From contig OZ244937.1 in NCBI GenBank assembly GCA_965222075.1, forward strand, positions 2,336,001-2,400,000: DNA of 64,000 nt. The letters run 5' to 3'. The stretch comes from Candidatus Latescibacterota bacterium. GTDB taxonomy: Bacteria > Latescibacterota > UBA2968 > GCA-2709665. The position numbers and the translations under genes were made by a program. Below the pieces are notes generated by a model. The model had not been told where the DNA came from and did no database searches. It saw only the letters and a program-made list of their open reading frames with translations. Positions 10,401-18,678 of the stretch are shown in pieces (positions within the stretch are counted from its first letter, which is position 1; every line of letters begins with the position of its first letter).

Positions 10401-11944
10401 CGGTCATCGCACCCCGGAGCTGGTATGCCTCAAAAAGCAAGAAGGCGATCCGGCTCAAGCACGGCCAGCAGTCGGCCAACGCCCTGGGCATCCTCGGCCT
10501 GACCCCGTCGGAGGCCGGAGTCACCCGCATCCAAACCTGCCTCAAGGCGGGGCGCTGGTTCCGGGGTGGAGAGCGGAACGTCTGCGTCGTACCCGAACCC
10601 ATGGCCAGACTGCTCGGCCTCACAGAAGCCGATGTCGGGCGGGCGCAAATCCGGCTCTTCGGAGAACACCTCACCGTCGTGGGCCTGGCCGACCCCGGCC
10701 GGTTAACCGCGCTGGTGGACCTTGACGGCGAACCCCTCACCCCGGCGGACTTCGTATTCACCGAACAAAGCGCGCTTGAGGAAATCGCACAGCAGGAAAA
10801 ACGTGAAAAATCCGGGCTGGAGGAGTCCAGCGTAGACGTGATGGAATTCGTCCACCTCGACCCGGGCAACGTCTTAATCGTCCCCTACCAGACCTTGCGG
10901 GAAGTCAACAGCCCCCTGCAGGCCGTCGCCGTGCGGTTTCACGACCCGAAAGTCGTCAAATCCCGTGTGGAGGACTTCCTCTCACGGCTCTCCGTGGTCC
11001 TCTTCGCCGGCATCCCCCGTCAGACCAGCGACGGACAGATCGAGCGCATCGACGTATCGGTCTACTCCTCCCTCGGGCACACCTCCCTGCGGGGAGTCGG
11101 CAACCTCGGTATCCCCATCGCCATTGCCGTACTCATCGTCCTCAACACCATGATGGGCTCGGTCTACGAACGGCTCCGGGAAATCGGCACCTACTCCTCC
11201 GTGGGGCTGGCCCCGGTCCACATCGCCTTCCTCTTCTTAGCCGAATCCTGTGTCTACGCCGTCCTGGGGGCGGTATCGGGCTACCTCCTGGGCCAGGGAA
11301 TCGCAAAAGCCCTGTTCTGGAAAGGCCACCTGCTGGGACTGACCCTCAATTATTCCTCCCTCTCCGCCATGGCCTCATCAGGGCTGGTTATGGCCGTCGT
11401 GATTCTGTCCACCCTCTATCCCGCCTGGCAGGCCTCCCGGATGGCCGTACCCGACATCACCCGGCGGTGGAACCTGCCGGACCCTGAGGGCGACCGGTGG
11501 CAGATCGCGTTCCCCTTCACCGTGGGAGGGCAGGAGGTCTTCGGGCTGTTCGCCTTCCTCACCCGGTACTTCGACTTCCACACCGAAGGATCGATGGGAA
11601 CATTCTACACCGAAGGCGCCCAACTTTCAACCCTATCGACCGATCGTGGAGAAAGCCACACCATCCAAACAACGATCTGGCTGGCCCCCTTCGACCTCGG
11701 CGTCAGCCAGACCGTACTGCTCAGGTCCAGGCCCACCGGCGATCATAACATCTACGCGCTCGACCTTACCATCGACCGCCTCTCGGGAGACGCCGCCTCT
11801 TGGAAGCGCTGCAACCAGCGGTTCATGAACCTGATCCGAAAACAGTTCCTCATCTGGCGAACGATCAGCCCGGAGGCGAAAGCGTACTACAGAGATGAAG
11901 GCCAGCGGCTCATTGAAAGCCCCTCGATTGTGGCTGTGTCGTAA
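7436..11944 (+). CDS. Giant PA/M28-peptidase-like + MacB/FtsX permease fusion protein, copy 1
   Basis: N-terminal TM; M28-like SRVVGYPG...AYYD...GAEQASGLVALLELA; MacB TM1 motif NMKRRKFRTVLT; periplasmic GRWF motif; FtsX motif NTMMGSVYERLREIG...G...FLAES. Confidence 0.8.
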   Translation: MRTTWKNILSITSIVVLFVPLVVFSPETVTKHLVRWFNLHPPEAPPEHAPSGQKALAAAVRASILEADIKAHLTRLTSSGSRVVGYPGHEAAYHYIKDAFQQIGLEQVTVEAYDVTAPIDKGCSLKILGDSRTIPLYAVWPNLVRTSTLPGKGLQAPLVDGGSGEFSDFNGKDLQGSVVLMSFNSWNRWMNASMLGAKAVIFVGPDSTTTAEAEQKFFQVPLNVPRFWIGRQEGEALRRRLSLGERIEVEVKGRMVWEKHKAHNVFGRITGRHPRLKDEIVLFDAYYDAMSVVPALAPGAEQASGLVALLELAEYLKAHPPAHTVLFLATSAHHLGFRGVCDFLGRHARKEEHFAPLMTDPIDIRLWVSLDLSSHTDQIGVLGFQSFLAPLGRLFSELGRQLAPALDLNADGSLVDGITPPTGMSWDMFIPGENIKTDAQVVRSAGIPALAFVTINDGRFRVDTPFDRVGSVNTSNLTKQIQLLTGVFNKVLDDPRLLLGQPANLRDGMRALKGRILTFPRRSLVPDKPRSGAIAALRMTTEKSVKGVRAIFYDLADEKGEIYIPGLAADKVALEAYYLDPETGEITYAPNRGPAASIYKLEFGMDNWITRATSVLFPCITTDFYETVDPRHLSRLTELSVYGAGNTAPQEYGYTLGYGPNEPVGVVFTTPGERVKLIMSAGPIGIRFMLLNSDGPGSEQAARGSGFTTLTHGAITHTAFQAAIDMWTLDEARIRELRAYGIQNQRLNALHKQARNHLERAEEARRNLRWDRYTKHARAALGVESRAYPDVKSTQNDVIRGVVFTMALVIPCAFFAERLLITAADIRWQVIWFALIFSATWIVLSIVHPAFNLSNPIVILLAFVILSLAIFVITLVFSRFNTHMRQIRTRGMGIHHVDVGRISASMAAFQLGIANMKRRKFRTVLTFSTLVLLTFTVLSFTSIKTSLRFHQTASDHPGLYPGLLIRSKFWSPLEESALDYARADFAGEAVIAPRSWYASKSKKAIRLKHGQQSANALGILGLTPSEAGVTRIQTCLKAGRWFRGGERNVCVVPEPMARLLGLTEADVGRAQIRLFGEHLTVVGLADPGRLTALVDLDGEPLTPADFVFTEQSALEEIAQQEKREKSGLEESSVDVMEFVHLDPGNVLIVPYQTLREVNSPLQAVAVRFHDPKVVKSRVEDFLSRLSVVLFAGIPRQTSDGQIERIDVSVYSSLGHTSLRGVGNLGIPIAIAVLIVLNTMMGSVYERLREIGTYSSVGLAPVHIAFLFLAESCVYAVLGAVSGYLLGQGIAKALFWKGHLLGLTLNYSSLSAMASSGLVMAVVILSTLYPAWQASRMAVPDITRRWNLPDPEGDRWQIAFPFTVGGQEVFGLFAFLTRYFDFHTEGSMGTFYTEGAQLSTLSTDRGESHTIQTTIWLAPFDLGVSQTVLLRSRPTGDHNIYALDLTIDRLSGDAASWKRCNQRFMNLIRKQFLIWRTISPEAKAYYRDEGQRLIESPSIVAVS
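7584..8578 (+). repeat. ~1 kb near-identical direct repeat, copy A (pairs with 14170-15164)
   Basis: Constant offset of 6586 bp and about 7 mismatches seen. Off-frame ORFs are identical in both copies (7776/14362 and 7897/14483). Confidence 0.92.
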
Positions 11945-11977
11945 AGAGAACGCGTTTTCATTCAAAGGAACAAACGC

Positions 11978-13984
11978 ATGGCGGAAACGCAGGCAAACCG
12001 CGTTAAAACACCAGCCGGGCCAGGCGGGGAAACAGCGCCCCAGGAGCGCGGTGTAACCCTCCGCGCAATCCTCTTCGGGCTCTGCATTGCCACCCTCATA
12101 GGCCCGATGGGCGACGCGGTCCGCTACATCCTGCACGCCTCCTTTATGGCCTACAGCCACATGCCCATGGGCAACCTTATCCTTTACCTGCTGTCCACCC
12201 TCATGCTCGCCCCTCTGGCCTGGTGGTTCGGCAAACGGTTCGCCTTCTCTCCATCGGAGTGGATCACCATCTTCTGCATGGGCTTCATCGCCTCCATGGG
12301 CCCCACCTACGGCATCAGCGGCTACCTCGTGGGCCTGATGGTGGGCCCCTACTACTTTGCAACCCCGGAGAACGAGTGGAGCAAATACCTCCAGCCCTAC
12401 ATGCCCCACTGGCTGATCCCCACCAACGACGGCAGCGTCATGACCTGGTTCTACGAGGGGCTCCCCCAGGGGGTGCCCATCCCCTGGAACATCTGGGCCG
12501 TGCCCCTTTTCTGGTGGTTCACCTTCATCTGCGCCGTAGGATTCGTCTGCGCCTGCGCCGCCATTCTCCTCCGCCGCCAGTGGTCCGAAAACGAAAGGCT
12601 CGTCTATCCGGCCATGGAGCCCATTATCGAGATGACGACCCGTGTGGGCAGGGGGACACGGTTCTTCCCGGAATACATGCAGGGCAAAGCCTTCTGGATC
12701 GGGTTCGCGCTTACCACCTTCGTCTTCGGGTGGAACATGATCTCCTGGGCCTACCCCCAGTTTCCCCGTTTCCCCACCGCATACGCCAGATGGACCTTTT
12801 TCTCGCGGGACTATCCTCCCGCCCTCTTTTTTTTGAGCACGGTCGTCATCTGCTTCTCCTATTTTGCCAGCTTAGAGATCCTCTTCAGCATCTGGTTCTT
12901 CGACCTCCTCTTCATCGTCGAAGGGGGCATCCTGAACCGGCTGGGGGTCAGGGCCATCTCGCCTTATTACGGCACCGGACGCTACTACTGGCAGACATCG
13001 GGCGCCTTCTTCAGCCTCGCCCTTTGGGGCGTGTGGGTCGCCCGTCTGCATTTTGCCGACGTCTTCCGAAAAGCCCTGCACCCCGAAAAATCCACCCTGG
13101 ACGACAGCAAGGAGCTGCTCTCCTACCGGGGGGCGCTCATCGGCCTGATCGTCGGTTGTCTCTACATCGCCGTCTGGCTGAACCGCGTGGGCATGGAACT
13201 CAAAATGATCGCCCTGCTCATCCCGTCCATGCTCCTCGTCTACACCACCGTGGCGAAAATCCTGGCCGATTCGGGGCTGATCTACGTCAACTCGCCGCTT
13301 TCTGGCTGGGGCCTGGCCGTGAGGCTGCTGGGTGGATCGCATACCCTGACGATTCTCACCAGGGCCACCCTGGGTCTTTCGTCCAGAGTCATCAACCACT
13401 ACCGGGGGTTCGCCATGGGCTCACTCGCCCACATCAACCGCCTTGCAGAATTCGTTCCCAGGGACAAGCGCCGGCTCTTCTGGGGCGTCTGTGCGGCCTT
13501 CGTCATCGGCATGGTCACTTCCACACTCTTTACCATCTGGCTGGGATACACCATAGGCGGCTACAACATCCGGCCCAACTGGTTGATCATCCGCTCGGCC
13601 ATGGGGCAGATCGGGGGAATCGCGAACGCCGCCAAGACCCCCTCCTCGCCGATCGAAATCACCAACTACTGGTTTTTCCTCATCGGAGCAGGCGCCATGG
13701 CCTGCTTAAACCTGATGCGCTACCGTTTCGTCTGGTGGCCGATTCATCCCATCGGCTTTGCGCTCTCCGGCACGGCCCTGTCCCGGCTGACAAGCGTCAC
13801 CATCTTCGTGGCGTGGCTGGTCAAACTGGTCATGCTCAAACTCGTCGGCGCTGCCTTCTACCGGAAGTCCAGGGCGTTTTTCATCGGCATGCTCATCGGC
13901 TACATCCTTCAGGTGACCCTCGGATTGGTTGTAGATACCATCTGGTTCCAGCCCCAGGGACACCGGGTGCATAAGTGGTATTGA
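11978..13984 (+). CDS. OPT-like polytopic membrane protein (DUF6785/DUF6784-like), copy 2
   Basis: Full-length paralog of 5324-7318 (YSHMPMGNL, YFATPENEW, LEILFSIWFFDLLF, WWPIHPIGFALSG). Confidence 0.7.
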   Translation: MAETQANRVKTPAGPGGETAPQERGVTLRAILFGLCIATLIGPMGDAVRYILHASFMAYSHMPMGNLILYLLSTLMLAPLAWWFGKRFAFSPSEWITIFCMGFIASMGPTYGISGYLVGLMVGPYYFATPENEWSKYLQPYMPHWLIPTNDGSVMTWFYEGLPQGVPIPWNIWAVPLFWWFTFICAVGFVCACAAILLRRQWSENERLVYPAMEPIIEMTTRVGRGTRFFPEYMQGKAFWIGFALTTFVFGWNMISWAYPQFPRFPTAYARWTFFSRDYPPALFFLSTVVICFSYFASLEILFSIWFFDLLFIVEGGILNRLGVRAISPYYGTGRYYWQTSGAFFSLALWGVWVARLHFADVFRKALHPEKSTLDDSKELLSYRGALIGLIVGCLYIAVWLNRVGMELKMIALLIPSMLLVYTTVAKILADSGLIYVNSPLSGWGLAVRLLGGSHTLTILTRATLGLSSRVINHYRGFAMGSLAHINRLAEFVPRDKRRLFWGVCAAFVIGMVTSTLFTIWLGYTIGGYNIRPNWLIIRSAMGQIGGIANAAKTPSSPIEITNYWFFLIGAGAMACLNLMRYRFVWWPIHPIGFALSGTALSRLTSVTIFVAWLVKLVMLKLVGAAFYRKSRAFFIGMLIGYILQVTLGLVVDTIWFQPQGHRVHKWY

Positions 13985-14021
13985 GACCTGCAGGGGCGAA
14001 AATCGACATGGAGCAATCACA

Positions 14022-17000
14022 ATGCGACTAACGTGGAAAAACATCACCCTGGCCCTCTTTATCGCCGTCCTCTTTGTGCCCCTCGTCGTATTTTCCCCCG
14101 AGACCGTGACCGACCACCTGGTCGCGTTCTTCAACATCCGGTACCCGGAACCTCCGCCCCAGAAATTCGCCTCCGGCCAGAAGGCGCTGGCGGCGGCGGT
14201 CCGGGCGTCCATCTCGGAAGCCGACGTTAAAGCCCACCTCACCCGTCTCACCTCATCAGGCTCCCGCGTCGTGGGATACCCCGGACACGAGGCGGCTTAC
14301 CACTACATCAAAGACGCCTTCCAACAGATCGGCCTGGAGCAGGTCACCGTGGAAGCCTACGATGTCACCGCTCCCATCGACAAGGGATGCAGCCTCAAGA
14401 TCCTGGGCGATTCCCGTACCATCCCCCTCTATGCGGTCTGGCCAAACCTGGTGCGGACCTCTACGCTGCCGGGCAAGGGGCTTCAGGCTCCCCTGGTCGA
14501 CGGGGGTTCCGGAGAGTTCTCGGACTTCAACGGGAAGGACCTCCAGGGCAGTGTGGTGTTGATGTCATTCAACTCCTGGAACCGCTGGATGAACGCGTCG
14601 ATGCTGGGCGCCAAAGCGGTCATCTTCGTCGGGCCAGACTCTACGACCACCGCAGAGGCGGAGCAGAAGTTTTTCCAGGTGCCCCTCAACGTGCCCCGCT
14701 TCTGGATTGGCAGGCAGGAGGGCGAGGCGTTGCGTCGTCGTCTGAGTTTGGGGGAGCGGATCGAGGTGGAAGTGAAGGGTCGGATGGTGTGGGAGAAACA
14801 CAAGGCGCACAACGTGTTTGGTCGAATAACGGGACGGCATCCCAGGTTGAAGGACGAGATTGTCCTCTTCGACGCCTACTATGACGCGATGTCTGTGGTT
14901 CCCGCGCTGGCGCCTGGTGCGGAGCAGGCCTCGGGTCTGGTCGCCCTGCTCGAACTCGCGGAATATTTGAAAGCCCATCCGCCTGCCCACACCGTCCTGT
15001 TCCTGGCCACGTCTGCGCACCACATGGGGTTCCGGGGGGTGTGCGACTTTCTGGGTCGCCACGCGCGCAAGGAGGAGCACTTTGCTCCGCTGATGACCGA
15101 TCCCATCGACATCCGGCTCTGGGTCTCCCTGGACCTCTCCTCGCACACCGACCAGATCGGCGTCTGGAATGGGTCTTCATCCTTCTACTACCAGCGCTTC
15201 TTTACCCCGCTGGGAAAGATGTTTTCCCAACTCGGGGCGGAACTCGCCCCCGCCTTTGGCCTCAACGCCGCCAGGTCCCTGGTAGACGGCATCAATCCCC
15301 CTTCCGGCATGAGCTGGCGTATGTTTATTCCCGGAGGGAGGATCAAGACCGACTCGGAAGTGGTCCTCACGGCCGGCATGCCCACCCTCGCATTCGTAAC
15401 CATCAACGATGCCCGCTTCAGGGTCGATACCCCTTTCGATACGGTGGAAGGGGTCAACATCCCCAACCTGACAAATCAGACCCAGCTCCTCACAGGAGTT
15501 TTTAGCAAGGCCCTGGACGATCCGTACTTCCTCCCCGACTACAAGGTCGCCATGAAAGACCGCATGCGCGCCCTGAAAGGCCGCATCCTCACCTTCCCCC
15601 GCCGCAGCATCACGCCCGACAGGCCCCGTAAAGGGGCCATCGTTGCCCTCCGGATGTCCCACCAGAAATCGGTGAAGGGCGTGCGCACCTTTTTCTACGA
15701 TGTGGCCGACGAAAACGGCGAGTTCTTCATCCCCGGGCTGGCGGTTCGGTGGGTCGGACTGAGCGCCTACTACCTCGACCCGGAAACCGGAGACATCACC
15801 TATGCCCCCGACCGGGGGCAGGCATCCAGGATCTACAAGCCGGAATTCGGCATGGACTGGTGGATCACCCGGGCAACGCGCATCCTCTTTCCCTGCATCT
15901 CCACCGATTTCTACGACACGGTAGACCCCCGCTACCTCACCAAGCTCTCAAGCCTGAGCGTCTACGGCGACGGAAACGTGGCCCCTCAGGAATACGGCTA
16001 TACCATCGGCTACGGCCGCAACGAACCGGTGGGCGTGGTCTTTACCCGCCCCAACGAAAAGGTCAAATTGGTGATGAGATCGGGGCAAGTCGGCATCCGT
16101 TACCTCCTGATCAACGCCACCGACGCGAGCAGCGAAGAGATTGCGCGCGGCGACGGATTCACCACCATCACCCACGGCGCCATCACCCATACCGCCTTCC
16201 AGGCCGCCAGCGACATGTGGATCCTCAACGAGGCCCGGATGCGCGAACTGAGGGCCTACGGCATCGAAAACTTCCGCCTGAACACCCTCCACGAGCAGGC
16301 CGCAAAGCACCTCGACAGGGCGAGAAGTGGGCGCAAAGACCTGCGGTGGGACGACTTTGTCAAGCATTCCCGGGCAGCGCTCGGTCTTGAATCCCGGGCC
16401 TATCCGGACGTCAAATCCACCCAGAACGACGTCATCCGGGGCGTCGTCTTCTTTATGGCCCTCGTCATCCCCTGCGCCTTCTTCGCCGAACGCCTCATCT
16501 TCACCGCATCCGACATCCGCTGGATGCTCACTGGATTTACCGGAATCTTTGTCGTCATCTGGATCTTCCTGTCCCTGGTCCATCCGGCCTTTGACCTCTC
16601 CAACCCCTTTGTCATCCTCCTCGCCTTCATCCTCCTGGCGCTGGCGTGCTTTGTCATCTCCATCGTCTTCTCCCGCTTCAACGCCAACATGCGTAACCTG
16701 CGCACTGAGGCAGCGGTGATTCACGATGTAGACGTTGGCCGGGTGAGCGCCTCCGTGGCCGCATTCCAGCTGGGCATTGCCAACATGAAACGGAGAAAAC
16801 TCCGAACCGTGCTCACCTTCTCCACCCTGGTCCTGCTGACCTTCACCGTCCTTTCGTTCACCTCCATCAAATCCCTGCTCCGATTCCACCAGATCGCCCG
16901 GGACAACCAGGGGACCTACCCCGGCATGCTCATCCGCAGCAAATACTGGGCGGCGCTTGAAGAATCGGTCCTCGACTATGCCCAGGCCACCTTTGAAGGC

Positions 17001-18581
17001 GAGGCCGTGGTTGCCCCCCGAAGCTGGTACGCGGACAAGTCCAAGAAGACCGTCCAGGTGGAGCACCGGGACAAGGCCGCCAACGCCCTGGGCGTGCTTG
17101 GCCTGTCGGCGCAGGAATCGGAAATTTTCAAAGGATCTCCAACCCGGATTCAGGACTGTCTCTCCGCGGGCCGCTGGTTCCGGGAGGGCGAACGAAAAGT
17201 CGCCGTTGTCCCCGAAGAGATGGCCAAACTCCTCGACATCACCTCCGATGACGTCGGCCGCACCCAGGTCCGCCTCTTTGGAGACCTCTTCACCGTCGTC
17301 GGCATCCTCATCTCGGACCGGATGGAGGAACTGAAAGACCTGGACGGGGAAACCCTGACACCTGCGGATTTCGTAGAAACCGACCGGAACGTCTTCCTGC
17401 AAATGGCCCAGCAGGAACAGCGAGAGAAAGCCGGCCTGGAGGACCCCGATGTGGACATCATGGAATTCGAACACCTCGACCCGGCAAACGTCCTGATCGT
17501 CCCCTACCAGACTCTGCGCGAAGTCAGCAGCCCTCTCCAGGCAATCGCCGTCCGGTTCCGCGATCCCACCGTGGTCGACGCCCGTACAAAAGACTTCATC
17601 TCCCGGCTCTCCGTGGTCCTCTTCGCCGGGATTCCCCAGATAGGCCCCGACGGAGAAATCGGACGCATCCGCGTCTCCGTCTTCTCCTCGCTTGGGCACA
17701 CGTCGCTTCGCGGCATCAGCAACCTCTTCATCCCCATCGCCATCGCCGCCCTCATTGTCCTCAACACCATGATGGGGTCTGTCTACGAACGGTTCCGCGA
17801 AATAGGCATCTACTCCTCGGTCGGACTCGCTCCTGTACACATCGCCTTCCTCTTCCTGGCCGAGTCCTGTGTCTACGCCGTGCTCGGAGCGGTATCGGGC
17901 TACCTCGTCGCTCAGGGCGTCGCCTGGTTCCTCCTCAACCAGGGCATCCTGCAAGGCTTCACCCTCAATTACTCTTCCCTCTCTGCCATGGGCTCCTCCG
18001 GGCTGGTCATGCTCGTGGTTATCGTCTCCACCGTATACCCCGCGCGCCGGGCGTCGCAGATGGCCGTCCCCGACATCACCCGGCGTTGGAAGATCCCCGA
18101 CCCGGACGGCGACCGGTGGCACTTTGAATTTCCCTTTACCATCGCGGGCAGGGAAGTCCTGGGGCTCTTTACCTTCCTGACCCGGTATTTCGACTTCCAT
18201 ACCGAGGGATCGATGGGCAACTTCTACACCGAAGGCGCGCACCTTTCGGTCCTCACCACAGATCAGGGAGAGGGATATACCATAAGCACCACCATCTGGC
18301 TGGCTCCCTTCGACCTCGGCGTCAGCCAGACCGTACAGCTCAGATCCAGGCCGACCGGTGACCACGACATCCAGGCCTTGGACATCACCATCCAACGCCT
18401 GTCGGGCGACGTCTCCTCCTGGAAGCGCTGCAACCAGCGGTTTATGAACCAGATCCGCAAACAGTTCCTCATCTGGAGAACCATCGCCCCCGAGGCCCAA
18501 AGCCAGTACCGGGACGAAGGCCGGCAGCTCATCGAAGCGTCCCCGGGTGAGGAAATGGAGAAGGTAGAGGCAGGAGACTGA
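14022..18581 (+). CDS. Giant PA/M28-peptidase-like + MacB/FtsX permease fusion protein, copy 2
   Basis: Full-length paralog of 7436-11944 with the same domain order. Confidence 0.8.
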   Translation: MRLTWKNITLALFIAVLFVPLVVFSPETVTDHLVAFFNIRYPEPPPQKFASGQKALAAAVRASISEADVKAHLTRLTSSGSRVVGYPGHEAAYHYIKDAFQQIGLEQVTVEAYDVTAPIDKGCSLKILGDSRTIPLYAVWPNLVRTSTLPGKGLQAPLVDGGSGEFSDFNGKDLQGSVVLMSFNSWNRWMNASMLGAKAVIFVGPDSTTTAEAEQKFFQVPLNVPRFWIGRQEGEALRRRLSLGERIEVEVKGRMVWEKHKAHNVFGRITGRHPRLKDEIVLFDAYYDAMSVVPALAPGAEQASGLVALLELAEYLKAHPPAHTVLFLATSAHHMGFRGVCDFLGRHARKEEHFAPLMTDPIDIRLWVSLDLSSHTDQIGVWNGSSSFYYQRFFTPLGKMFSQLGAELAPAFGLNAARSLVDGINPPSGMSWRMFIPGGRIKTDSEVVLTAGMPTLAFVTINDARFRVDTPFDTVEGVNIPNLTNQTQLLTGVFSKALDDPYFLPDYKVAMKDRMRALKGRILTFPRRSITPDRPRKGAIVALRMSHQKSVKGVRTFFYDVADENGEFFIPGLAVRWVGLSAYYLDPETGDITYAPDRGQASRIYKPEFGMDWWITRATRILFPCISTDFYDTVDPRYLTKLSSLSVYGDGNVAPQEYGYTIGYGRNEPVGVVFTRPNEKVKLVMRSGQVGIRYLLINATDASSEEIARGDGFTTITHGAITHTAFQAASDMWILNEARMRELRAYGIENFRLNTLHEQAAKHLDRARSGRKDLRWDDFVKHSRAALGLESRAYPDVKSTQNDVIRGVVFFMALVIPCAFFAERLIFTASDIRWMLTGFTGIFVVIWIFLSLVHPAFDLSNPFVILLAFILLALACFVISIVFSRFNANMRNLRTEAAVIHDVDVGRVSASVAAFQLGIANMKRRKLRTVLTFSTLVLLTFTVLSFTSIKSLLRFHQIARDNQGTYPGMLIRSKYWAALEESVLDYAQATFEGEAVVAPRSWYADKSKKTVQVEHRDKAANALGVLGLSAQESEIFKGSPTRIQDCLSAGRWFREGERKVAVVPEEMAKLLDITSDDVGRTQVRLFGDLFTVVGILISDRMEELKDLDGETLTPADFVETDRNVFLQMAQQEQREKAGLEDPDVDIMEFEHLDPANVLIVPYQTLREVSSPLQAIAVRFRDPTVVDARTKDFISRLSVVLFAGIPQIGPDGEIGRIRVSVFSSLGHTSLRGISNLFIPIAIAALIVLNTMMGSVYERFREIGIYSSVGLAPVHIAFLFLAESCVYAVLGAVSGYLVAQGVAWFLLNQGILQGFTLNYSSLSAMGSSGLVMLVVIVSTVYPARRASQMAVPDITRRWKIPDPDGDRWHFEFPFTIAGREVLGLFTFLTRYFDFHTEGSMGNFYTEGAHLSVLTTDQGEGYTISTTIWLAPFDLGVSQTVQLRSRPTGDHDIQALDITIQRLSGDVSSWKRCNQRFMNQIRKQFLIWRTIAPEAQSQYRDEGRQLIEASPGEEMEKVEAGD
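14170..15164 (+). repeat. ~1 kb near-identical direct repeat, copy B
   Basis: Matches 7584-8578. Identity drops abruptly after ...GACCAGATCGGCGTC. Confidence 0.92.
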
Positions 18582-18678
18582 GTGGATCAAAAACCCGGTC
18601 ACCGTGTTCATCCCACCACCGCGAACAATACACCCCGACAGGTCAGGCGGTTGAATCGCCAGATAAAGGATTGGAGAA

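Noticed and set aside
7584-15164. The 1 kb repeat as an IS, composite transposon or DGR template/variable repeat
   Set aside because: It is in-frame coding sequence in both paralogs, with no transposase, terminal repeats or reverse transcriptase, and the mismatches are not adenine-specific.
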